This document shows, piece after piece, positions 1 through 13,160 of a stretch of DNA of 64,000 nucleotides. The stretch's first letter is position 1; each line of letters starts with the position of its first letter. A model generated the notes under the pieces. The model ran no database searches. It saw nothing but the letters and a program-made list of their open reading frames with translations, and was not told the origin of the DNA. A program made the translations under genes and the position numbers. The stretch is from Octopus vulgaris (Eukaryota): positions 42,594,001-42,658,000 of the forward strand of contig OX597837.1 in the NCBI GenBank assembly GCA_951406725.2, read 5' to 3'.

Positions 1-1
1 T

Positions 2-1540
2 GCAAATAATGAACCAGCTAAATCAGCAGTTCTCAGCTGGGATCCATTTAAGAATTTATGGGGGTCCATGCAAACAGAATAATAAACTAGAGATCCATGG
101 TAGTATTTTAGAGGTCCATAAAAAAATTCTACTTTAGATGTATTGCAAGAAACAACCTGGTTTCTTTCTCTAGTGTTTTACATAGTTCAGCCTACACAAG
201 TGAATGTGTGAAGAACAAAAAAGAATTTTGAAAGAAGTACCTTTAAAATTAGTTTTTCAACATCAAATGGCTATAGGGGTCCACCATTATAAAATAGTAA
301 TCAAAAGGGTGTTTAGATATAAAAAAAAAAAAGGTCAAGAACCACTGAGCTAAATCACTCCCAGCAGAATTCCAAGCCAAAGAACAGAGAGTTGCATACT
401 CTGAGGATTTTATTTACAATGCAAAAGAGACAGGGTTACACTGGAAGAATATGTCTTCAAGGACCTTTACTGCCATTGAAGAAAAGTCTGTATTAGGATT
501 TAAAGCTGCCAAGGATAGACTAGCATTACTACTTGGTGGCATTGTATCAAGAGCACTGAAACTGAAGTTGATGTTGGTCTACTGCTTACAAAACAAACCG
601 TCTTAGAAGGGTTACATAAGTTACAATTACCTGTTGATTGGAAGTTGAATGATAAGATATAGATAGGTGATATAGGAATTGCTATTTGAACCAGTACACA
701 AACCAATTTTTGCATTGCTGTGTACACCTTCTACACTGACAATGGCTTTCTATGAAAAGAAATTTTATGTTAGACAATACTTCCAGCCATCTTCCAAATC
801 TCGATGAATTTAAACAAAGCTTACAGTAAACATAGCTTACATGCCTTCAAGTACAACATCTATTCTGCAGTAAATGGCCCCAGGGCATAACATCTCTCAA
901 GGTATACTACTTGTAGAAATCTTTTCAGAAAATAATGTGTTAAATAAAACTGTGGTATGAATGTAAAAGATTACTGGTTGTCATTTAATATTTTAGATGC
1001 CATCTGTTTTATTGCTAATGTCCAGAAAAAGATCACAACAGATTGCTTAAATGTAGTTCTAAGGGAAGTTCTGAGTCATTGAATGACATTGAAGAATTTG
1101 GTTTGGCAGCGGAAAGGGATGCAATCGTACAAGAAGTTTCAAAATTTGCAGAAGAGACTGGATTGGATGTAGTTATGGAAGATGACAACTCAGAATTGAT
1201 TTTTGATAAGAAAGATAAAAAGGAAAAAAAAAAAGGGCCTTTCTATTGAAGAATTAGCAGACCTGACAGAACATCTCAACACATGAAGAGAAGAGGGAAA
1301 AAAGAACAAAGATGGAATAGAGTGTGCAGTGAAGATAATAAAAAGTGACGTCCTTAAACGATTTCTTGTTAATGCTAACTCCTTGATGGAGGAATTTTGT
1401 GAAATGGACCATGACAGGAAACGATGTGATTTTTGTAAAGAGGAGTTTAAATGAAACTTTAACGCATAATTATGAAATCTTTAAAGAGAGAAAAAGAAGG
1501 GTATGACAAACAACTATGTTCAATGTTTTAAGAAGGCACA
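2..1540 (+). pseudogene. Decayed Tigger/pogo-family DDE transposase, interrupted by the hAT MITE
   Basis: With the MITE removed it reads ANNEPAKSLPAEF..YSEDFIYNAKETGLHWKNMSSRTFTAIEEKSVLGFKAAKDRLALLLGG. Broken LDNTSSHLP, MPSSTTSILQ*M, YWLSFNILDAI and GLDVVMEDDNSELI follow, matching Tigger motifs. Several stops and frameshifts. The 3' boundary is approximate. Confidence 0.88.
24..347. mobile_element. hAT (Charlie-like) MITE
   Basis: Ends CAGCAGTTCTC...AAGAACCACTG form imperfect TIRs. Exact 8-bp TSD AGCTAAAT at 16-23 and 348-355. A related right end lies at ~43550-43624. Confidence 0.88.
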
Positions 1541-2028
1541 CCACTCTCCTTGTAACCTGTTATCAATGGATGACCCTCAACCATGCTCATTATAGCATCA
1601 TTAAAGTTATACCCTTAAATCAAAAGAGTTGTGATATAAAAACTACATAATAGAAGTCGGCTCTGAGTTAGTGGGCGCCCAACTTGTTAACAGCAGTTTT
1701 TAGTTATTCAGGTAATGATTTATAAATTTATTATTTATTTTATATATTAAAATGTCAAATTAATACTATATTCATTAGTAAAAGAAAACTTGTGGTAATA
1801 GTCGACTGAAGTTCACTTTACAACCATGTAGTTTCACGTTCAGTCCTACTACACAGCACCTTGGACAAGGGTCTGGATAAACAATACCTTGTGAGTGAAT
1901 TTGGTGGATGGAAGCTATGTGTGTGCACATGCATTTGTGCATGTCTTTTCATCACTTGGAAACTAGTGTTGGTTTATTTACGTCTCCACAGTATAGTGGT
2001 TCAATCATAGTATAATGATAGAAAGCAG

Positions 2029-2129
2029 AGGCACAATGGCCCAGTGGTTGGGGCAGCGGACTCGCAGTCGTAGGACAGCAGTTTTTATTCCCAGACCGGG
2101 CATGGTGCTTATTGAGCGAAAACACCTAC
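2029..2129 (+). mobile_element. tRNA-derived SINE head fragment
   Basis: GAGGCACAATGGCCCAGTGGTTGGGGCAGCGGACTCGC has an A box and a degenerate B box. No complete cloverleaf. Confidence 0.6.
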
Positions 2130-2180
2130 ATGCATATATATAAGTATATGTACACACATACACACATATATATGCATATA

Positions 2181-2560
2181 TGGGTATAGGACGTCACAAA
2201 CCATAAACAACATGAAATACAAAAACAAAAGAGTTAGATACATAAATGAAAGAAACAAATGGAAAACAGGACAAGTAACATAAAGAACGACCCTTCATCA
2301 GTTGTCAGCTGTCCATCTACTTCTCATTTCGAGCTCTGAACGACAAAATAAGTCTTCGAAGGGCAGTTGCTCCCGCAAACCAAAATAAAATTTGGGATTT
2401 GCAGAGGGTCAAAGTTGGTAACAAAAGCAGGACAGTGGAGATATACAAGGAAATCGAATGAAAACTAACATGGAGGGTCGTTAAGCCAGACGAAAGTAAA
2501 ATAGGAAACAATGGAGAAATATTCTTTTTGACAAGAGGAAAGATAGAAGAGAGAGACAGA
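2181..2560 (-). mobile_element. Penelope-like repeat remnant (tentative)
   Basis: Unique-looking block between TA microsatellites. The minus strand carries CTCGAAA and CTGATGAAG motifs seen in PLE terminal repeats. Confidence 0.4.
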
Positions 2561-3297
2561 TAGGATATATATATATATTTATATACAGTTGTAAGACTAA
2601 CTTTCTCTTAATAAATGTCCTGAAAATTCCACGCAGCCTTGGCTTTGTTGTTTCATTGTATTTAACACACACACACATATATATACATATATATATATAC
2701 ATACACATATATATTCATATAAATATATACCCACATATACATGTATATATACTTATATATACATATACATACACACACATGTACATTTGTGAATTTAGGT
2801 ATTAGCGATGACAATATTTTTAGTGCAGAAAACAAATTTTTGAAATGAAAATTCATTTTACTCATATATATTTTATTTCATTTTTTCCCCCCATAATTTT
2901 TTTTTTTTTTTTTTTTTCCACCGGAGTGTTTGGGGAATATTTCACCAAAAGTAGTTTGATTTATGTGGTGTGTTTGGAATATGTAAGAACTTCACTACTC
3001 ACAAGGAGAAGAAAAAAAAATACATATTTATATATAAGTTACCTAGTCTGTGAAGTACCTTATTACAAAAATTGAACTCATTACCAGTCTCTCGAGAATT
3101 TTATCACTTTTAACTTGTTTACTTAAAGATCAAAATAATATGATGGTGTATATTTTTATAAAGGCTTGAAAATATGTATTTTTACTTTCCATTTATCATA
3201 TCATTTCATTCTTTTCCTTTTCTTTTCTTATCTTTATTCTTTTTGTTTGTTTTTGTTTCATTTGCCTTGAGATTTGAAATTCCTTTAATTTTCAATA

Positions 3298-3331
<34 letters not shown>

Positions 3332-3541
3332 ATACATTATTTATATATTTATTTATTATTGGTTGCATTTCTTATTTAGTTCTTCAAACACTGAACTTTG
3401 TTTGGAAAGAATATATATATATATATTTTTTTAAATAGAAATTCTTAAAGAATTTTTTTTTTCACCTGTTTTCATCGTTTTTTGTTTGTTTTTATTGTTG
3501 GTTGTATTTTTCACAACATTTTTATCTATATTTGTCTCTAG

Positions 3542-3605
3542 GATAGCCAAAACACAAATTTCATATTTCTTTCATCTGTAATTGAAAAGTTCAAGAGATT
3601 ACCAG
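3542..3605 (+). other. Candidate 64-nt exon (unverified)
   Basis: T-rich tract ending tttgtctctag, an open frame DSQNTNFIFLSSVIEKFKRLP, then CAG|GTATTG. No recognisable homology. Confidence 0.2.
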
Positions 3606-3719
3606 GTATTGCATAGCAACACTTTCATGTTATATTTTTTGATTTCTCATTCACTCACAAGCTTTCTATTTCCGTACTCACTTATACAGACATGTGTGGC
3701 TATGTCTAAGTGCATGATT

Positions 3720-3740
3720 TTATATATGTATATATATACA

Positions 3741-3794
<54 letters not shown>

Positions 3795-3844
3795 GTATAT
3801 ATATACATACATATATACATACATACATAATATATATACATACA

Positions 3845-3884
<40 letters not shown>

Positions 3885-3889
3885 CATAC

Positions 3890-3938
<49 letters not shown>

Positions 3939-4335
3939 TAAATATTTCCATACTCACACACTATATATATACATACATATATTGTTTATAAATATGTGCG
4001 CTTATAAGCACACACACACATATCTACACACTCTCATGAATGTAGATGAATAGACATATAACTATGTATTTATAAACACATATACACCAACATACACACA
4101 CTTCCATAAATATAGATGATAACATAACTTTTTACATATATATGTATATATATGTGTATATATATATACATATATATGTATATAAATATATATATATATA
4201 TATATGTGTGTGTATATATATATACACACATGTATATATATATGTACACACACAAACACACACACACACACATATACATACATATATACATAATATGAAT
4301 ACCTAATTGTAGATATGTATATATGTGTATATACG
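3720..4335. repeat. Compound (TA)n/(CA)n/(TACA)n microsatellites
   Basis: Seen directly. Source of the IY/YI ORFs. Confidence 0.95.
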
Positions 4336-5078
4336 CAACCCAGTTGGTTTTTGCATTTTATCCTCCTGGGTAGATAAAAATCAAGTACCACTCAAGAGCT
4401 GGATTTGATTTAATTGACTATAACCTACCCTGAGAAATAAAAAGTTGTGGCCTGCTATAGCAATGTATATGTATGATTTTATGTAACTACTTATATAATT
4501 ATACATATAAGGATGGATATATATTTCTCTCTTTATCTATCTATATATATATATAAAATCACGTGTTTATTTGAAGACCAGAAACTCTCAAGACATGTGT
4601 ATATAGGCAAGACTGTATGTAATTGTGTGTATGTTAGAACAAAAAACATATCTACCAATATGTATATTTCCTTGAATGTATATACACAGACATAGGACAC
4701 TAATATGGATCAGTGGCGCAGAAGTCTACTTTACAACCAAATGAAACCAGTTTCTATGTTACTGATCAGCACCCAAAGCAAGGGGTTACCACCATAATGT
4801 AGGGTTAACCCATTCAATGACTTGTGAGTTAAATTTGGTAGATGGCAACTGTGATGAAGCCTGTAAAATTTCTGAGTGTGTTTGCATGTACATCCATGTA
4901 GTGTATAATGCCAAAAACAAAGATTTTTTAAAAATGAATAAATTAAAACATTGGTGCATGAAACAAATAGCTTGTGTTATGTCTTGGTTGCTGCCCCTTG
5001 GCTTTCTCATCCACCTCCGAGAATGAAGAAATAAATACCAGACAAAGTACTGGAGCCTGATATTGTTTACAAAACACC

Positions 5079-5291
5079 TGTTTCTTTATTATCCACAAGG
5101 GGCTAAACATAGAGGGGACAAACAAGGACAGACACACGGATTAAGTCGACTACATCGACCCCAGTGCGTAACTGGTACTTATTTAATCGACCCCGAAAGG
5201 ATTAAAGGCAAATTCGACCTCCGCGGAATTTGAACTCAGAACGTAACGGCAGACAAAATACAGCTACGCATTTCACCCAGCTCGCCGCCTT
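5079..5291 (-). mobile_element. SINE family B (tRNA head, Meta-domain-like core) inserted in an older SINE
   Basis: The core resembles GTCGACTTTGCCTTTCATCCTTTCGGGGTCGAT on the minus strand. 16-bp TSD TTGTYTACAAAACACC at 5063-5078 and 5292-5307. Confidence 0.85.
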
Positions 5292-5534
5292 TTGTCTACA
5301 AAACACCATTAATGGGGAGAGCTCAAGCATGGCCACAGTCTAATGACAAACTATAAGCAGAATATGGAAACACACATACACAAACAGATTAGATGAATTT
5401 ATGGCTGTATGAATACAAGTACAGAAGTTTAGTAACATGTCTATGTAAGCAGGAATATTCATTTGAATATATGTATAAATTAAATTGTTCATGCATATGG
5501 TTGAGCATTCCTTAGCATATGATTATCCACTGAA

Positions 5535-5568
<34 letters not shown>

Positions 5569-6196
5569 TCTATCTGCTCTCTCTCTCCTTCAATTGTGGA
5601 GCCTTTGAAGATTGGGTTGTGCATCTCAGTTTATCTTCTCCAACAATTATGGATCCTTTGATTGCTGTGATTTTTAAAGAGCAGCTGCAATGGAGAATGC
5701 TGCCCGAGAAATGCCTGGAGGATTGCAACTACCACTGTCTAAGCTACACCAACTGTGTACCTTCACGAATCAGGAAACTACACAAGTAGTAATATTTTAC
5801 CATCAGGCAAGTGTGATACCTCCACTGTCATAATAACAATGACCTGCCCTGAGATCCAAAATCCATGATCCACACTGCAATACATAATACCTACATAATT
5901 AAGCTTTATAATGGCATCTGAGTGCACTACCCCCCAGGGTCACAATTTTCATTATTATAGGTGCTCACATGGTTGTGTGGTAAGAAGTTTGCTTCACAAC
6001 CACATGGTTACAGGATTAGTCCCACAGCATGGCCCCTTGGGGCAAGTATCTTCTACTATCGTCCTGAGGCAACCAAAGTCTTGTGAGGTGGAAACTGATA
6101 CAAGCCTATCTCTCTCTCTCTCCTTCTCTTGTATTATATACAGCGGGACCGAATCTGGAATTGTGTGGTTGGGAAGCAAACTTGTGCCTATATATA

Positions 6197-6237
<41 letters not shown>

Positions 6238-6239
<2 letters not shown>

Positions 6240-6515
6240 TCATCATCATCATCATCATCGTTTAACGTCCGCTTTCCATGCTAGCATGGGTTGGACGGTT
6301 CAACTGGGGTCTGGGAAGCCCGAAGGCTGCACCAGGCCAGTCAGATGTGGCAGTGTTTCTACAGCTGGATGCCCTTCCTAACGCCAACCACTCCGAGAGT
6401 GTAGTGGGTGATTTTATGTGCCACCGACACAGGTGCCAGACGAGGCTGGCAGACGGCCACGCTCGGATGGTGTTTTTTATGTGCCACCGACACAGGTGCC
6501 AGACGAGGCTGGCAG
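6238..6515 (-). mobile_element. Short retroposon with RTE-type 3' tail and (GAT)n end
   Basis: Shares the 3' ~170 nt with the LINE at 52596-53644. Internal ~43-bp duplication. Confidence 0.85.
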
Positions 6516-7020
6516 ACATATATATATATGTATATATATGTATATATATATATATATTCACACACAACACACACATGTGCATGCACAGACATAAAGATAC
6601 AAAGACATGCACACACTCACCACACACATACAACCTAGGTTTTACGGGATCACTATCAACAATGGACCGACACTATTTATCTTTAATTTTGCTTAATGAT
6701 GTATAAATAACTTCAAACTAAAATTACAACTCAAGAAACATAAAACCACATCAGAGACACAAAGACATCAGTAGAAGACAAACAGAATTATGTTATGCTT
6801 TCTTCTTTTGTCTGTTAGTACATGATATATTTGGTGGTTGCCTCTTTGGTACAACACTGATAGCACAGTATAAACCCAGTGCTCCATATATTTCATAAAC
6901 GGTGTCTGTCTCTTTTGCTTCCTGTCGGTAGTAAGTAATGCCTCTCTTCTCTCTGCCATTGTCAATAGCACCTCCACCTCTCTCTATTGCAACATACAGT
7001 CCTTACATACACACAATTAA

Positions 7021-7055
<35 letters not shown>

Positions 7056-7149
7056 GATTCCTAAACAACTGAGTTCACAAAATAAGGAAGAAAAATTATC
7101 CAATACTCAAAACTATGGTGCAACATAAAAGACATACCATGAGTTCTGC

Positions 7150-7360
7150 AGGAGGAGGGGGGGATGAAGAGGTGGGGGCGACATGGGGAGGAGGAGGAGG
7201 GGGGTCGACGGGGGGAGGAGGATGTGGAGGGGGACGACATAGGGGAGGAGGAGGAGGCGATGGGGGAGGAGGAGGAGGAAGATGAGGAGGAGGGTGATGA
7301 GGATGATAATGAGGAAGATGGGGAGAATGAGGAGGGGAGGATGATGATGATGAGGAGGAG
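7150..7360. repeat. (GAG/GGA)-rich low-complexity tract
   Basis: Imperfect purine triplet run that produces the poly-E, poly-P and poly-S ORFs. Confidence 0.9.
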
Positions 7361-10300
7361 AATAAGAACACAAAGAAGAATGAAAAGAACAACAATAACA
7401 AGTTCGTCTATCCAATATGGATTCGTGTAGCCGCATTCATATATCGTCATGAATATATGTTGAGTTTTTAAGTTTGCGAAGGAGGAAGAGGAAGAGATGT
7501 AAGAGGAGCAGGAGGAGGGTGATAACAACGACAAAAACAGCAATAAGCACCACCACCACCACCACGACCACCACCCAATATGGATCCATGTAGTGGCATG
7601 CATATATATAGTCATAAACATGAATATGCGCTGAGTGTTAAGTTTGGCTCCTTTGTGTTCTGCAGCCTTAACACATTCTTGAGTAAATACAAAAATGAAT
7701 AAACATGTTCCTTAAGACATTGAACCAATGAATAAATACACCATTCAAGAAATGTTATTACCATTATGTAAGAGTGGGAAGGAAGAGTTAGCATAACGGA
7801 ACTTGATTCTCTCTGAGATTTTTGGCTTAGCTAGAGATATGATAGAAATAAAGAGTAAGTGTATATAACAAGGAATCTCGTATGGAAAGGGAACAGAGTG
7901 GCTGTATATTAGTATTATACTGGAGGGCCCACATATTCAATACCCCTCCTAAGTGCAAGTGAGGATGTTGATTAAGACAGCTGCTTCCCAGCCACTTGGC
8001 TTTGAGATGAGTTCCATTGTGTGGCATCTTGGAGAGCCCTGGTGCTGACCAAAGCCTTGTGCGTGAATTTGGCAGATGGAAACTGTAAGAGCATTGTATG
8101 TTGTGTGTGTGTGTGTATAGATACATGTGTGTGGGGGGAAGAGAGAGAGAGTAAGAGAAGAGTGAGTGCAAGTGTGTGTATGTGTCTCTTTGTCTTGACA
8201 GTTTAGTAAAGATCGCATCTAGAAAGTTGCCCTCCGAAGTACAAGTCCAGGCAAGGTTGTTTATGGAAGACCAGACTCCTATTTTCATGCCACTGATGTT
8301 ATCCAAGGGAAAGGCAAAGGCCAATACAGCTTGACATAAGTGACATTGGAACTCATTTCTACAGCTGAGTGAATTGGAGAAATGCGAATCAAACCCACTA
8401 CCTCATAATTGTGAGCTCAACGCTGAACCATAGGCTCAAGGCCTGAAATATTTTTTTTGGAGGGGGAGGGGGAATAGTTGATTACATTGACTCCAGTGCG
8501 TAACTGGTACTTATGACAGTTGTAAATGAGTGCCAATATCATAAAGCAGTGATGTTCATTTCCAAAACTTCTGCAGGGAAGAACATCAAGTTGTAGAAAA
8601 ACTACCTCAATAAACTCTGTCTGATCCATACAAGAATGGAAAGTGGACATTAAAATAATGATCACGATAACAATGACAATATATTAGTAATAAAACAAAC
8701 ACCAGCAAGTTATACTGACACATATATTAGTAAACTAATGAAATAGTAAACTGCTCCATTTTATACTAGCGGAAGAGAATTCAATCTTGACACCAAAGAA
8801 CCACAAAATGATTGATAGATATATTTTTGCAAGTCTTACATGCCAAACGATAGGTTGTTTGCTTCTTTCTCTCAGCTGATTTACTGCCAAGTAAGCTAAA
8901 AGGTTGATGACATTTCATTCTATATCTAAAGCTACAGCACAGTACCATGACACAAACTGATGACTTTGGGGTACTTTTTGAAAAGATAATTAAAAATATA
9001 TATAGGTGAGGAGGGGGAAAATGGTTTTAGTTAATTATTAATATTGTTTCCAATGATTAATATTGTTATATTAACATGGGAGATAACTCTACTTTTGCAC
9101 ATGCTTCACTCTTATTCTGATCCCATTAACAAAAGAACATCCCTCACTGTACTAGCCAAAATAACAATGAATGACTCCTATATTTACCAGAGTAAGAAAA
9201 TATAGTTGGTTGTACATGTAATGAATCCAAGGAATGCCATTCACATGAAAAATTATTTACTATAGTGTTAACATATGCAATGCATCAAGTATTAAGAGCA
9301 GTAGTTCTCAACCTTTTTAATCCCCGGGCCAGATCCAAAGCCAAGATTGGGAGGGGGCACACACACACAAAAAAGGAAAACACAAAGAAAAATTTATCAT
9401 ATTTATAGAGGGAAGACAGTCAAGGGCTTTAGTCAGCTTGAGGCCATAAGAGAAGAAACTTGCTCAAGGTGCCATACAGTGGAACTGAACTCAGAACCAT
9501 GTGGTCGGGAAGTAAGTTTCTTACCACATCATCATCATCATCATCATCATCATCATTTTAACATCTACTTTTCCATGCCTGCATATGTTGGATGAGCACT
9601 GTTGAGACAGATTCTCTATAACCAGTTGCCCTTACTTTCCAAGCAAGAAGTAGCAACCGAAGTGAGATCAGAACATCAAGTACATTGTAGTCATCCAACC
9701 TATCTAGGAAAGCAAATAAGAAATGAATCAGATAGCAATGGCCTGTCCAACCCATACTCGCATGCAAAACACACATATAATTATAACGGTAGTGGTGATG
9801 ATAATAGTGACAATATCAACACTGATTTAGTGTCAAAATTATTCAGTATATTTAGGGGTCCCTAGTGGATTGTACCACATATTACTAGTATGTGCATACC
9901 ACATAAACAGTAAGATAGGCTGTAATTTTTTAATTTTTTTTTTTTTGGCGTATGTGTGTGTTTTCTCAATTGTAAGTGAGGTGAGTACATTACTATTCAA
10001 TATTATCTTCTTAGTTGAAAAGCCAATGAGCTATACAAAACTTTCCCTTTGTAGTGCGAGGAAAGTGAACTATAACTAATGCTTAATGGTCGGTGGTGGA
10101 ACTAAATCTATGTCTTGTTCAATACTTGATCAACACCGTAATCACATTGATAATGGGTCTCAAGACCTTCATTCTATTACTTTGTAACAATGAAGAAAAT
10201 AAAACATTGAATCACATCACCACAGCCTCCAGCCCTGCCCTCCATCACCTCGCTCTCTCTCTGATGAAAATAATTTTTTTTTTTTTAAATAAAAAGTTAA

Positions 10301-10983
10301 TTTAAGTTTTACTAAAAGGAATTTCCATTTCAGTAAATTTTACATATGCACTCACACACTTATAGACTACTTAGACATTTAAATAAGTATATTTTAAATT
10401 GTCTTTTTTTTTAAATAATATTGTGTGTGTATAGATATACACATATATATAAATAAAAAAAAATATATGCACATATATGTGTATGTGTATACAAATATAT
10501 GTCTGTGTATGTGTGTTCATATACACACAAACACACACAGAGAAATACAATTCTGAATGTGAAAGTGAAAGTGGAAGGGGCGTGGGAGGAAATTTTGTGT
10601 TAATTGACAACTGTAGCTCATAAAATATTAGCATACCATGACTATATCTTTAAATAGTTTCCAGCCATATTCCCATCATTAATACCTTGAAAACATTAAG
10701 TAGGCAACAGAGAAAAGCTTTTAAGATAACTCGTACTAGTATAGTTAAGCTAGCTGAATAATATATACGTGTATATATATGTATGTGTATATATATGTAT
10801 GTATATAACCAATGACTTGGAAGAATTAAGAGATATGACTATCAAATTTTCATTATTCGAATAGAGAATGAAACTTTTGAATTTTTGTATTGTAACTAAA
10901 AAAAGGGAAAAAAAAAGTTTCCGAACACCTCCCCACTCTCTCTATCTATATATACATACACAAACACACATAAAAATATGCAT

Positions 10984-10984
<1 letters not shown>

Positions 10985-11023
<39 letters not shown>

Positions 11024-11126
11024 ATATATATATATACACACACACACACATATATATATAGCTATATATATATGTATATATATATGTGTATGTATAAATA
11101 TATGTGTGTGTATGTATATATATGTG

Positions 11127-11171
<45 letters not shown>

Positions 11172-11200
11172 ATATATATATGTATATATATGTGTATATA

Positions 11201-11241
<41 letters not shown>

Positions 11242-11302
11242 ATATATATATGTGTATATATATATATGTGTCTATATATATATATGTATGTTTATATAAT
11301 GT

Positions 11303-11347
<45 letters not shown>

Positions 11348-11365
11348 TACACACACATACACACA
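10985..11365. repeat. Compound (TCTA)n/(TA)n/(TG)n microsatellite
   Basis: Seen directly. Confidence 0.95.
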
Positions 11366-12000
11366 GAAGAAAGAAAAGATTATTTTTATTCTTTTTCCAT
11401 TCAATTCTTGAATTCTTTTTATAAAGTTTCTCGTCTCTTTATGGTAAACTTCTGTATATGTTATTAAAAGTTATACACAACATATCTACTGAGACACCCA
11501 TTTGTTTCAATGGCAAGAGATAAGAGATATAAACAACGATATAGGAGGGTGAATACAAGAAATATGTAAATGGTCAGACATTACGTCAAGTCTAGTGTTT
11601 TTGAAATGAAATAACACGGTGCCTTGGGTTATGGCATTGCAGAGTCTAGCAGTGATGCCAGATTGTCAAGATTTGAAATGCATAATCCACAATAAAACTT
11701 GGAAATTTGACAGAAATAAGAAAAAATTATAGTAATTCTTATAGAATGAGGAATGAATGTGCAGTTAAGAAATTCTTTTTGCAACTACAAGATGCTGGGT
11801 TCAAGGTTCAGAATACAGTCTGTCTGCATGGCATATTGGGCAAGTGTGTTTTATAATAGCTCAGGTTGATGAATGCTTTGGGAGGGAAATTGGGAGGTGT
11901 GAACTACGTGGAAGCTCATTGTGTGTTTGTGTGTATACATACATTGATATATATACATATACACTCACATGGGCACATATATATGTGTGTGTATGTGTGA

Positions 12001-12040
<40 letters not shown>

Positions 12041-12059
12041 AATATGTGACCGCATATAT

Positions 12060-12248
12060 ATCGTTGGCAATTTTCTTTCGCCATCTTCCCTTCTTTGAAC
12101 TTTTTCTATATTTCTGATGAAGAGCTCTGCTCAAAACATGAAATCTTCTTCCTTTTCTTTCCTTTCCTGAGTGTCTAATAACACTGTACTTATTCCATGT
12201 CCTCGCATGTTGTTGTTTTTTCTTGCTTGTTCATGTTTGGATTGACAA
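12060..12248 (+). mobile_element. Penelope-like terminal repeat with degenerate minimal hammerhead motif
   Basis: CTGATGA-A-GAGC-TCT-GCTC-AAAAC at 12114-12137. Flanked by TA runs. Confidence 0.55.
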
Positions 12249-12462
12249 TATAGATATATATATATATACATACATACATACATACATACATACATACATA
12301 CACATACATACATGCATATACACACCCCTACATATTTATATGCATATCAAACTGTCCAACCCATGCCAACATGGAAAGCAGATTTTCAACTATGATGATG
12401 GTGATGATGATAATACCTTTGTATATACATACACTTATATGAATACGTGTATGTACACGCAC

Positions 12463-12720
12463 TCATCATCATTTAACGTCTGTCGTCCATGCTGGCATGG
12501 GTTGGATGGTTTGACCAGGGCTAGCAAGCAGGGGGGGGGGAGAGAGAGCTACGCCAGACTCCAATCTGATTTGCCATGGCTTTGATGGCTGGATGCCCTT
12601 CCTAATGCCAACTGCTTTACAGAGTGTGCTGGGTGCTTTTATGTGGGCACTGCAAAGAGGCTTTTACCTGGTGCCGCACAAGTGCTTTAACATGTTACCA
12701 CATGGGCACTTTTATGTGAC
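12463..12720 (-). mobile_element. Older RTE-tail retroposon
   Basis: catcatcatttaacgtc...ccatgctggcatgggttggatgg...ggatgcccttcctaatgccaac. Confidence 0.75.
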
Positions 12721-12779
12721 ACTGCCACGAGTGCTTTACACCACCAGAAGGATCGGTCTTAACACTCTTGCTGCAATAT

Positions 12780-13160
12780 ACACATATCTATACACACACA
12801 CACACATATATCTATATATGTATATTCACACACACACACACACAATCTATATATGCATATGCACACACAAATATCTATATATATGTATACGCACACACAT
12901 ATATCTATATATGTATACGCACACACACATCTATATATGTATCCACACACACACACACATCTATATATGCATATACACACACACATCTTTATATGTATAT
13001 ACACACACATATATGTATATACACACACATATCTATATATGTATATACACACACATATATATCTGTATATGTATACACACACACACATATATAAATACAC
13101 ACACACAAACATGTATATAAACACACACACATACATGTATATAAATACACACACGTGTAT
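12780..13160. repeat. Microsatellite-derived minisatellite (acacacatatatctatatatgtat)n
   Basis: Recurrent ~25-30 bp unit seen directly. Confidence 0.9.

Noticed and set aside
7061-7621. Poly-S, poly-P and poly-E ORFs resembling extensin or acidic proteins
   Set aside because: All come from one GAG-rich low-complexity tract that is open in several frames.
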